DNA of 64,000 nt from Tubulanus polymorphus (lineage: Eukaryota; Animalia; Nemertea): the NCBI RefSeq assembly GCF_964204645.1, contig NC_134027.1:22344560-22408559 (forward strand), in the 5' to 3' direction. A model generated the notes under the pieces. It made no database searches. It was not told the origin of the DNA and was given only the letters and a program-made list of their open reading frames with translations. Positions 52,420 through 64,000 of this stretch are shown here, one piece after another. The stretch's first letter is position 1. The number at the start of each line of letters is the position of its first letter. The position numbers and the translations under genes are program-made.

Positions 52420-55024
52420 GTATCTAAATGCTGTGCCATTTCTCTGCCTGAACGTCGGACCAGTTGGAAACTTGTCACTCAATTGCAAACGCTGGAATCT
52501 CCGTGATAATTGAACGATTTGCATTTAGTATCCAGTGAACACGCGGCGCTGCAACTGATCAAAGAGGCTGAATTCTTATCAATAGACAGATACGGTCCAT
52601 CTATCGAGTAATCGTTTCCTCTGGTCGCTACTTCTGCGAAATATACCGAGCACGTTTCGAAATACACTCTTAGAACAAAGGGTTCTACCGTAGAACCTTT
52701 AGGGGTTCTTGGGCTTGCCTCCCAGGGAGAACCCCTAAAGGTTCTTCAAAGAACCTTTTTTGCAGGGTTCCTTGAAGAACCCCTGGTAAAGGTTCTTTGA
52801 AGAACCATTTCGTATAAAGGGTTCTTGTTAGAACCCTTTCAATATTATCAAATGGTTCTTGACAGGGTTCTTGGGAGAGCCATTTAAAGGTAATTTATTT
52901 TTAGGGTTCCTCATTCATTTTTTGACTGCTCAAGCTGTTCATGATTTGTCCATCCTCTGTTATGTTTGACTGCTCCCTTAATCCTCATGTGGATAAAAAA
53001 ACTGATGATAAGAATCGCTTAAAATTTATATCATATAAACCTTTTTATTATAAAATCTCATGAATTGAAATATTAATGATAAATATGTTTACAATAAATG
53101 ATACAAAAATAGTTTCACTAATTGGTTACATGTACAATAAGATTGAGGAAGTGGGATAAGATGTAAGATGATATGCTAAACGTATAATAGGCCGACTTAT
53201 GGCAGGCCACTCCGCTTATTAAGAATCTGTCCACTTTCAATTAACTATAAGCCATCTTCTAAATAAGTTTGTTTCAACGCGCTGCCACCCTCGCAACCTT
53301 TCAACCGCAACGTCCGGATTATAGTCGTATATTTCCTGAAATATAAATAATATTGAGAACAATTAATGGTGTAATAAAATCGATTATGTTTTGCAATAAT
53401 GCACACTCTGCAAGTAAATCTAAACACTTTCTTGTATTACATGCATAAGTTCCAAATACATTTATCAATAGAAAAGACAAACGGTTAAAGTTAACAGTGT
53501 GATTAGATTCAGAAAAATACGAACCTTTTTAATGGTTTTCAGGTCTTTCGCATCTTCTCTCAAAATCCCTGGTAATACGTGAAGCTCTGCTGTTCTCATC
53601 ATATCTGAAAACCAGTGAATATGTAGATTGAAAATGATTATCTTCTACCAAAATACAGTCACACAGTAAAGGCTCATTGAGTCAAGATTTACTAACCTGT
53701 TTCTGCAATTTCGCTACTTCGAAGGAAGGAAGCGACACGATTGCCAAATGTACAGACTTCGTACCATTTCTTTAATTCTTTCCGCCTTAGGTCCGAGATT
53801 GGAAAAAACATCTTTTGCACCGCGGTCTCACAATATGGTCAACTTCCATGGAACAATTTCTATAATACAAAAGTAATGGGAAAGTTTTAAATAATAGTTA
53901 TGACTGATCCGATTCCGAGTCACTCCGGCTTTATGGCCTATATTTCATATATTTCAAATATCACAAATGTTATATACATTCATTGAATACTACTTACCAG
54001 AATTAATTCACATTTCCAAGCTCCAGATATTCATCTTACAAAACAACGAAAAGAACAAGTCGATATACTATATGCACTATGCACTGAGCGAAGTTTGTAT
54101 GAGTCGTGGTGACAGATAATTATACAACAGTTAGTTGCATGAACAAAGGAATAATTGCCTGATCATGTACACATGGCCCTATAGGCACGAACTACAATAG
54201 CATGATACTTATTAGGCCCAAAGCATTACGTTACTTTGAATTTCCACTATACTCTATGTTTTTATTCAACAAAAAATGTACAATGACTTCGACTGAATGT
54301 TTTGATAGAAATTGAGCCGAAAATACACACAATTCTCATTTTTGAGTTGCATTAGAACTTTGAATTTACTAGTTCTTTTTAAACTGCACAGTCCATTCAG
54401 AAACGCCTAGAGTTTAGAAGAGTTTAATTGTTTTTTTAAAGCATTAAAAAGCATTTGTTCTTTTCTCTGCCGTCTCTCCATAAAACCTAGTCGATGTCTC
54501 AGACTAGCAAATCAAGTTATTCAGTCTCTACATATAATTATCACACATTAAAGGCGTTCAACACACATTTTGAACATACGACTTTTTAAATCTTAAAGGA
54601 CGAATTAAAATAAAGGTTCATTAATTTAAAAAATGCATCCTTGTCGCACACGGTCACCAATTCTAAGATATTGTGATGATACATAGTAAATTGTTTTCAA
54701 AGTTAACCCAATTCTAATTTCCAGTCAAAATGTTTTGTATATAACCTACACCACATAGAAAATCAGTTATATTCATCAGCTATACTAATTATTCCCTGGT
54801 GCAGGTGTACTTAATTCTTAATTGACAATTGTGACCACTCTAGGGTTCTTATAAGAACCCTTATGTCTCGAAGAACCCCAATCTGCATTCCATATTGTTG
54901 AAGCACCTTAAAGCCTCACCAAGAACCCCAAGGTTCTTCGAAGAACCCCCGAAGAACCATTTGTTCTAAGAGTGTATTCGCAGATTTTCAGCAAAAATGT
55001 AAAATATACAAATTTCAATTGCAT
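52420..55024 (-). pseudogene. PAN-exon pseudogene (mirror)
   Basis: Reverse complement of 16441-19045. Confidence 0.9.
52665..54974. mobile_element. CMC/EnSpm-like element (mirror)
   Basis: TA-CACTCTTAGAACAAAG...TTGTTCTAAGAGTG-TA. Confidence 0.88.
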
Positions 55025-55633
55025 TTCAGCAGTTTCGGTTATTAGATGATGCCGGGATGAACTAACTAGTCCTGGATACGGAACATCACCAGGCATTTTT
55101 ATTGGTGAATAAGTCAAAGAGGCGGGTGAAGTATAATGGCGCGTTTAAATGGATTTTCCCCCGGTTTGGCATGTCTACAAGGTGAAGGTTGCAGTCCAAT
55201 AGCTAGACCTGTATTCGAAAACCGACCAAATGAGTTGCAGAGCGTATTTCACACATTTACCATATCTCCGACTCCGTAGAATGCAGCACGTATAGCGTCT
55301 CGATTGGAACTTCTGCCAGTTTGCCGCATTCTACAAGACATCACAACATAGCAATTTGTTCTATAAAATGAGATGATAAGGGAGACTAACAGAAACAAAT
55401 CTAGACTTATAAAAAATAGCAAATCCCCCCAACTCAGATTACGACACACTCGGCCAAGTTTCAAAAAGAAAAAACATACTAAGCATAAAAGCTTATCGAT
55501 GGCAAAATTCTTCACTGGTTGATGGTGGCCATTAATCGGTAGAAGAACTGCGAATTTGCACGAATCCAATTTCACTTTGTGTATGAAATTAATTGAAATG
55601 CATCGAACTTATATATATATATATATACATATT

Positions 55634-55846
<213 letters not shown>

Positions 55847-58800
55847 TCATAACTATATAACTATATAATATCATTTACATGATATCTGATACGCCACTGT
55901 AACTTTCAATTCAATCCAACACGTAGCTAAAATTAATTTGTTAGATTTATTGTTTGCAGTTTGCAGCCAATGAAGATGATCCATTGCAATTCACTCAATT
56001 CACTTTTATAAAAGTCTATATCGTGCGAAATGTGAATGTAACTGCGTAAATTGAATATAAACAAGAATACACGGGCCAGTACCTAGGAGTTCTCAAAGGC
56101 AGTTGTTTCTGAGTTCTATTGTTCAATTGATACGTACCTGTTGGGGGGGGGGGCTTTCAATATTTGGTAAAAATGAACAGTACGGGGGAGCGGGATAGAG
56201 GAAAAAGCCTTGTGTCCTAGTCTAAACCCTTTTTGGTTAATTCGATTTCAAAAATGCGTTTCTCTTGGCTAGGTCGATGTGGAGTTTGTCTGCTTCAAGT
56301 CATTCCAACTGATGATATCGTTTCGTCAACAGCCGAAATTTTGTGGTCATGTTTTTAATAAATTTTGCCGATTGAAATTCGATTGTGGGGCTCCATCCAT
56401 CTACAGTTGAAACGGGTTGGTGTAGTTAATAAAATGTGTTTCTTCTTCACCGCACGGTTCCACTCAGTAACTAAACCATCTCGCCAAAATGGGGAATCCG
56501 GAAACGACAAGATTATCAGGTGATCGATTGAAGGGTTAACTTCAAGGCATCCGGTCGACTCTATATATTTGTAGTTGGCCCAGTCACGTTTGGACATCTC
56601 ATCAACTTTGTAGAGTCAATAGTTTAATGTGTATATGGGTAGTGTGCGGACGATAGCGCACACTAGAACGCCAGTGACCAAGGACGCTTCCGTACGTATG
56701 TGACGACTAGAATGAATTTGCTGATTTCGTTCCATCCACAATTTGAAGGTCTAGCTGGCTTTCGTTGAAATAATCAATGGGGAAAAGCCAATTTTTTTAT
56801 TCGCTGTCGGTTGAATTTGAATATTCAAATTAGGTTCGGCGCTAACGAGAGTTTTTGTTTTCATGTTCGTATTGCGCATGAGCGCGATGCACGTGGTTAT
56901 GTTTACATTTGTCGTCATTGGCAGATCGCGAAACCCCGCAATCCAATTATGTTGTTATACGGAGAAGTTTAAGGGTCGTTTCTTACCTCTCTGTGGGCCT
57001 ATATTATAGATAAATGAAAGGGGGCGCATTGGATCGTGGGTAAAACAGTTGCATCATAGATAACTAAGATGGCGCGAACCCGGTGAATTTTTTATCGTAG
57101 ATTACGGTAAAATTTATCACGTCAGCAAGGTCAAAACCCATTATATAAGACAAGTGCCTGTGGCTCAATCTAATGTACATGTTGTCGAGGTGCCAAATAG
57201 TGTATCTTGTATCGATTATAAATTGTCTTGTTAAGATTTGTAAAGACAAACTTTATCTGCGCGTTGTTCGGGCTTTTTCGATATCGAATAAGAGCTTTTG
57301 TAGATTCAACGTCGACGTATGGAGCCTATACACATTCTGTAGTGAAAAGTATAGTGGCTGATAAGGGCCGTGAAAATGTTTCCTGACAAAAAAATGAAAT
57401 CGTCATAAAAATTTCCACAGAAAAATATTCGTGAGTGAAAATAATTTCTTCATAAGAATTAAATTTCGATCGAAAAACACGAGACATTTTTTGGTGAATA
57501 AGTCAACAGAGGCAAGTGCAGTATATTGGCATGCTAGAATGGATTTCCCCCCGGTTTGCCTTCTCTATGAGGTGGGGCGCATTTTGAACATTAAAACTGT
57601 ATTTTCGGCTTTTGCAGATTTCAAGTCTTTATTTTGATTGAGCCCTCGGTTCGTATATGTTTTTGAATGCTATAGAATGATTTGTACAGGCTTGGAAAGG
57701 CTTTATGGATGATAATATTGTGTTGATAACTGCCCGGGTTTTACAGCGTTCCTTTGTAAGAATTGAATGTATTCGTCTAGCGAAGCTTGAATATGGATTA
57801 TATATCATTATACCCAGCCAGCAGGTCGCAGTTCGTCAGCATCCTCTGTCACCGTGACACCTTCTGTAGGTTATCCAAGGAAAACCATAGTTTTTGCAAA
57901 TACTTCTCATGATCCTGTAAGAAAATCGCAAAAAAGGAAAAGTTAGTTGAACAATCGAGTTGGTGTTGTCATCTATCCATTTTGTCGTTGATAAAGTAAC
58001 GGATGATTATTTCCACCCGACAGCTAAGGTTTTGCGTTGATTTCAATGATAAAATGTTTCATTGTTGCAATAGATGACAATCGGATTTTATTGACCTAAT
58101 AGAGAATTAGTTGAACGATTACAGGAAACGGGGATTTAAGACCATATAGCGATCAAGTGTAAAACACATTGCCTTTTGCTAAATTAAACAGCTATTAGCA
58201 ATCCGAGTTTTCCGTGGCTAGAAATCTAGTATATGCAATCTGATGCGTATTTGTAAACAAAATGACCAAAAAAGTTTCAAATGATTTAAATTGATTTGTT
58301 TATTCGCGGAGCCACCCCATTCTTGCTCCGCTGACTGAATACAAAATGGCGTCTCGGATCGGAGCTGCTGGACTTTGATTAGAATCCTTGAACTCATACA
58401 GGGTGTCTCAGAAAATGTGTTACCCAATTTTTAGAATTAATTATTTAGGGCTTAGCCGTGCATGACTCTTTTGCACATCAAAATTTCATCCTCGAGCGAA
58501 CACCCAGGTCCTACCCCCTTACCCTTACCGTTACCTTACCTCCCAAATTTCTTTTTTTCAATAATAATGAACAACTAATCTTAAACCTACGGTAACACGT
58601 TTTTGGGACACCCTGTTTATTTTTTATTGAGCTATCTATAGTGTTAGCTAATGGTGTTTGTGGTATACCGCCCTCTAGTGAAGGTTTCAATAAAATCAGT
58701 TTCTTAACATTGCAACTATAATTAGTTCTTGTGAAGTTCATTTCATCGTGGCGATCGACCATTATTGTTGAAATTGGTTCCTCGGAGACTTTCAAAGATT

Positions 58801-58890
58801 AGAAGATGCATAGTACCGTAGTAAAGAATAATCATGAGAATTGCAGAGGGGTTTTCTGCAAAATAGCAAATAACCCTAATGAACATCAAA

Positions 58891-59871
58891 CTATGTACTT
58901 CGATAGCGCAACGACTTCATTTCTTGTCGAAAGTTTTTACTGTACACATAATAAAATATACCGTTCACAGACGAATTTAGGGCTTGAAAAATGTCATTCA
59001 AAAGTAAAACCGGCCAGATGACAGCCCATGAAAAGGATGTGATCAGAATATTGAATGCCATTTCTGGAAAAACAGACACCATGAATAAGGCGGATGCAAC
59101 AAATACCATTCTGTTGCCGGTTCCCTCTTGTTTAGTTTGTTTAGTCGAGTCGGCGCCGGTCAGTTGTTTCCTATTTTTAGCGTGAATTCGTAGTTGAATT
59201 ATCATAATCGTATTCAGTAGTGGGATAAGTGCGAACGGTAAATACGTCGTGGATATGTTTTCTAACAAATACGAATACGTGGGAGCACTGGAAACTGTTT
59301 TTGCATCGCGGATAGACGAGCCGTACGTACATGTCGTGTTGACGTACGCAACAATTCGATCCTGCGCGCGGTAAGAAATCAAGCCAGTCCACATGATTAC
59401 ACAAACCGCAGAAAGTATATAACAATGTTTTAACTTCCAATATCGTTTAGCTTTGAGCGGAAAACAAATGTTAAATGCTCGATCGAACGTCACTAAAAGC
59501 GTCAGGCCGTTCCGAACGTAAGAACCCCATTTTGAGATTAGATTACCCGCTATATAAAGCTCAGGGGCTCCCAAACCCACGTCTAAATACAGTCCGGTCT
59601 TTCCGTGGCGAATAAGTTTCAAAACCCAAACGAAATGGTTGTAAATAATGGCGGCGATGCAACAGACAATGTCAAAAAAGGCCAGTAACAACAAGACAAA
59701 ATACGAAGTCGCGAGGGTACTCCTTTTATGCAGCCGATAAAGCACGATAATAGTAACTGAGTTGGAAACAAGACCAAACCAACCAATCGGTCCTACGACA
59801 GTTACTGCGATAATATTCCAAATGACGCGATCGTGGGGGAAACATTTCAGCACAACTGAAGCCTTTAACAT
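58891..59871 (-). CDS. Class A GPCR family B copy 1 (mirror)
   Basis: Protein identical to 11622-12602. Confidence 0.92.
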   Translation of the reverse strand: MLKASVVLKCFPHDRVIWNIIAVTVVGPIGWFGLVSNSVTIIVLYRLHKRSTLATSYFVLLLLAFFDIVCCIAAIIYNHFVWVLKLIRHGKTGLYLDVGLGAPELYIAGNLISKWGSYVRNGLTLLVTFDRAFNICFPLKAKRYWKLKHCYILSAVCVIMWTGLISYRAQDRIVAYVNTTCTYGSSIRDAKTVSSAPTYSYLLENISTTYLPFALIPLLNTIMIIQLRIHAKNRKQLTGADSTKQTKQEGTGNRMVFVASALFMVSVFPEMAFNILITSFSWAVIWPVLLLNDIFQALNSSVNGIFYYVYSKNFRQEMKSLRYRST

Positions 59872-62224
59872 CACTGACGAGTGCGCGATGCTGGAACACG
59901 TCTATGGTACTCGAAAAGAATTTGATTATACATTGTAGAGTGTTGAGAATTATAAACTACCCGATGCGCTTCCTTAAAAATTATAGACAAGAGAAAGCGT
60001 AGTATTCAATATATACTTCCAGAATGATCCTCTATTTCAGAGTTTGTTGAGCTCTGAGATAATGGCGTCATGGGAGAAATTAATAGGGGCAGCATTTTAG
60101 AATCTTGCCAAAAAGCATACGGTAAAGAATTTCACATGAAGAAATTCTGAATCCGGTTTGATAGGATATGATGTTATCAAATTTGATATAGATTGTGAGC
60201 AAAGTCCACAGTTGTATAAGTTTAGTTAATGATTTTACTATGTATTCACGGGTTCAATTTGTCTCTGAATTCACTTTACTTCCATGTTGCTTGGGTTTAA
60301 TCTAATTCTGCATCCAGTTCCACAAAATGCAATTTCATCGTGGCGATCGACCATTATTGTTGAAATTGGTTCCTCGGAGACTTTCAAAGATTAGAAGATG
60401 CATAGTACCGTAGTAAAGAATAATCATGAGAATTGCAGAGGGGTTTTCTGCAAAATAGCAAATAAGTCACAATTGTAGTACACACAACGCCGTGGCATAG
60501 TTTAAAATCGTTTTAAAATCTTTTTATAATCACTTTATCTCCTGTTGTTATCGCAATCTGAACGAGGCTGATAATACTTCCGGGTTCTCAACATCTCGCG
60601 CTGACGTCACCACAGGGGATTACCCGAGATTGCTGAGCATCGCGACTACGTATATTTTGGTTTGCCGTAGCAAGAAAAAACCTCTTAAAAGTATTCGAAA
60701 TGAAAACAAATATACCTAAGGTCATTAGATTATCATTTATTACATCTTACTGGATTGATTCAAGGGAAAAAAACAAAATTGTTCAGTAGTCCTTTAACAA
60801 ACGATGTTGACTCCTCACAAAGGCTGACTGTAGGGAGTGATGCTTTAATTCAATGAATTTATTGGAAAACCTGACCAATTAGCAACATGGTAGAAGTTGT
60901 TTTAAAACGTGGTATGAACTTTAAAAAAGCAATAGAAATGATTGTTACTTCACCCATACTAATATTTAAAAAAGCTTTGACGTGTCTAAAATCTTTCATA
61001 TCAACTTTTGTACATGTCAAAAAGATGTTATGATTTGGCGCTAGCTCTCTATCCACATAATAAAAAGATTAATCGGGGAATGATAAAAACATCGAAATTT
61101 GCTTTACCAACAGAAAACTACATTTTTTCCATTATTTTTCTTATTCAAGAGCTCCTCAAAGTTAGGTTAAAGATAACGGTTGGATAAATACTATAGTAAA
61201 GGGTAAATTTCAATTATGTAATATATCCACTAGTTAACTCTAACCAGCTTTTGAGCAATTGGCCCCATATCTTTTTCTGGCGAATTTTCAGTGAATGTTC
61301 TTAAAAGGAATTTGATTTTTCGTATAATCCATTATTTGGTACGTTATGTCTCAAGTAGTCACATATAGTAAGATATGCCAGGCCGATGATCCAGTTCATG
61401 TACTACACACATAGGAGGTTTAAAATAATCGATAACCTCGAACACTTCATTTTGATCAACTTACACCGAACCGCTGAAGTTAATGAAAAGAACTCGTGTG
61501 ACAAATTCTAATTCGATCCATTAATTATTCCAAGTTTTGTGGATTTAAGGCGGTTTAGAAGCTGTTAATGCGATGAATAATCCTTGCGGGGAACAATGCT
61601 TCGTGTTACTAGCGCATCGCGTGTTGGGCACCATCATCGTATTAGTCTATTTGCATCTAACTAATTTTCTCTTTAAAGTTCATCCGTGTTTAATGGATCG
61701 CTAAAAATGGGCCGTGAAGTTCATCGGCGTCCATGTTTCGAACGCTATCTAATCGTCACGCAGGCTTATACTTTATTCTTGGGAACAATATTCTCCGAAA
61801 TAATTCGCCAATGTCGCGCGCACGCATTTCATGTACGTAACAAAACACGACAACCAAGAATTACATAGGCTGATGAGGATGTCGATGCATTCCAATGTCA
61901 ATCCTATTCAAACACCAGGGGCACGTTTTATAGACTGGTATTAACTTTAACCCGGGGTTAACTCGATAAACTTTCAACTAGTTCGAGTTAGCCGCCGATT
62001 CATTGTCTAAACCGGTCTACAAAACCCGGCCCAAGTTATTAATCAAACCGCTGGAGCCGGTTGGAGAGTTGAAAAATTGAGTCGTCGGACTTAAACCATA
62101 AAGTTGGATCGAAAAAGTACGCTGAATAACTTTAGTTTGAATTCTTTAGTCATTTTTTTGTCGAAAACGCCGATTCAACTCTGTGCGCTTCGACTATACC
62201 CGGACTGGTTTTTCGGTGGAAAAA

Positions 62225-62527
62225 ATGAAAGCAATGGAACTTATGATGATCAATGTAGCCGTGTTACTGCAATCCACTTCGGTGATTAGCATCGACGGTG
62301 TGACGTCGTCGTATAAGCTCGTGGCGTCGCAGCCGGAATCAGGAGGGTCTGCACAACTGGCATCGTTGGCGACCAGAAGCAAAGTTGAATGCGCTAACCG
62401 TTGTTCCAAAACGGAGCATTGCCAGTCGTTTTCTTACGTCTCGTCGCAGTGCATACTTTGGACTGAACACTGCCCAGCGCCTGACTCAAAGAATGGGAGA
62501 CGTTGTTATTCGTCGATACGAACGCAA
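62225..62527 (+). CDS. Exon 1 (signal peptide + PAN) of mirror PAN + hemopexin-like gene; exon 2 would start at ~64162, outside the window
   Basis: Mirror of 8966-9268 with donor CAA|GTAAGT; one synonymous difference (Ile codon). Confidence 0.75.
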
Positions 62528-64000
62528 GTAAGTACGCCCGCATTTCTGTTGTAGCTACTTACGGTATTATTCTTTAAAAGATCATTTTACGATTGTTTCT
62601 TTCTGGCGGCCGTTTTTCTGCGTAAAAAGAAAAATGGCCGCCATTGAGAGAAATGATAAACCTAAATATATATTTTCTACTGCGTGATTGGTCCACGGCA
62701 GCAAAAATGGCTAGCTGGAAAGGACAAAAATCAATGAAAGGCATGAATAGAAAATGAATATCTGTACTTCTCGGCCATTTTTACACGCAGAAAAAAATGA
62801 CCACCTGAAATGATGATGTCGTAGGTACTGGTACCTTTGAATATAATGATTACCAAGAGTCTTTTTGTGAAGTACTCCACGTTCATCCATGAACTATAAA
62901 TGTGTGTACTTGTAAAAGAATCGGTAATTGATAAGACAAAATCCATAACTAAACATATACGAATTAAATCCAGGAAGAAAGACACTAAATATTTAGATGG
63001 ATATATGAAAGCTGGGGGTACTGGAGTGTGTAATGGGTAGTGTAGTGTGATCTGTGTGCATTTGTGGCCAGCACACAGATCACATTGTTCATTGGGGTTT
63101 GGTCCAGGACTCACGAGATTTTCAACAACACGGAAGTAACGTGTAATAAATGATGACTTGAATTTCATGACTACCTACCACCCCTCATTATTGTTGGAAA
63201 ACTAAACGTTCCGCACTGACTATTAAATTAACTGACTATTAAACTTAAAAATTAGTAATAACATTTTAGAAATGGCCAGAATTTTAACTTAGGTTCTATC
63301 TCATTTTTATTTTACAATTGGGATTGGTATAAATTTTTTTTTAAACGGCCGTTAAGGCTTCATGTTTCGTCTGCAATTCACTGCAAATAGTTACGCAACT
63401 ACGCACATTTCAGTGTTTTTGGCAGCTGTACGCTCAATCGGCACCGTTCGTGACTAGCTTCACTGCGGAATTATCATTAACTAACATCGCCATATCACAT
63501 CATCAACTTATATTGTGCCTTAAAACCCTTACAGCCGAAATAATTGAAATGCACACACGATTTCTATCATTGAAAATTGAGAGAGTGGCCATGTTTGTGT
63601 GTTCTGCTGCTTCGCGTAAATCCCGCGCGGTGGCGCAACCGCGTGGAGTGGGGCCGATACGTCTAGCAGGATAGCGTGCACTAGTCAGAACATGTACGTA
63701 CCTAAAAAAAGGATCATCCTGTCCCTGCCATTCGAAATAGAACTGATTTAAGATATATAGTGTTTACATCTATAACCGAACAAGGTCCAGCACAGAAACA
63801 ATGGCCACAAATTACACCATCAAATTGTTTAGTTTCATTTCACTCAGCCACGGAACGAATCCCTGCCACACTAGACCGGGTGCGCAGGTGCATGCGCAGG
63901 TTTGCCGCACAAAAAACGACTTGCGGCACCGATGAGATTGCTTGTTGCATAATCGCCTTTGGCAGATTTCAAGGACTATAAAAGGAAAACCTAGGCTGAG

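Overview
AT-rich eukaryotic (invertebrate animal, inferred) genomic DNA. About 85% of the window is one giant, near-perfect palindrome: left arm 7493-34701, unique 2131-bp spacer 34702-36832, right arm 36833-64000 (runs off the window). The arms differ only by scattered substitutions, one 4-bp indel and microsatellite/homopolymer lengths. Each arm holds three intact single-exon rhodopsin-class (peptide-receptor-like/chemoreceptor-type) GPCR genes and signal-peptide + PAN/apple exons. Each arm also holds older tandem and inverted duplications and TE remnants (CMC-EnSpm, Bel/Pao, Penelope with a hammerhead-like motif, Helentron-like end, MITEs). By manual splicing I reconstructed two genes that the ORF track misses. 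(1) A 3-exon secreted PAN + hemopexin-like gene (9268->1950, minus strand) whose second intron hosts a GPCR and its pseudogene on the opposite strand. (2) A secreted PAN + GON-domain gene that runs from the right arm into the spacer and appears truncated there. All domain calls come from motif recognition by eye; no searches were run.
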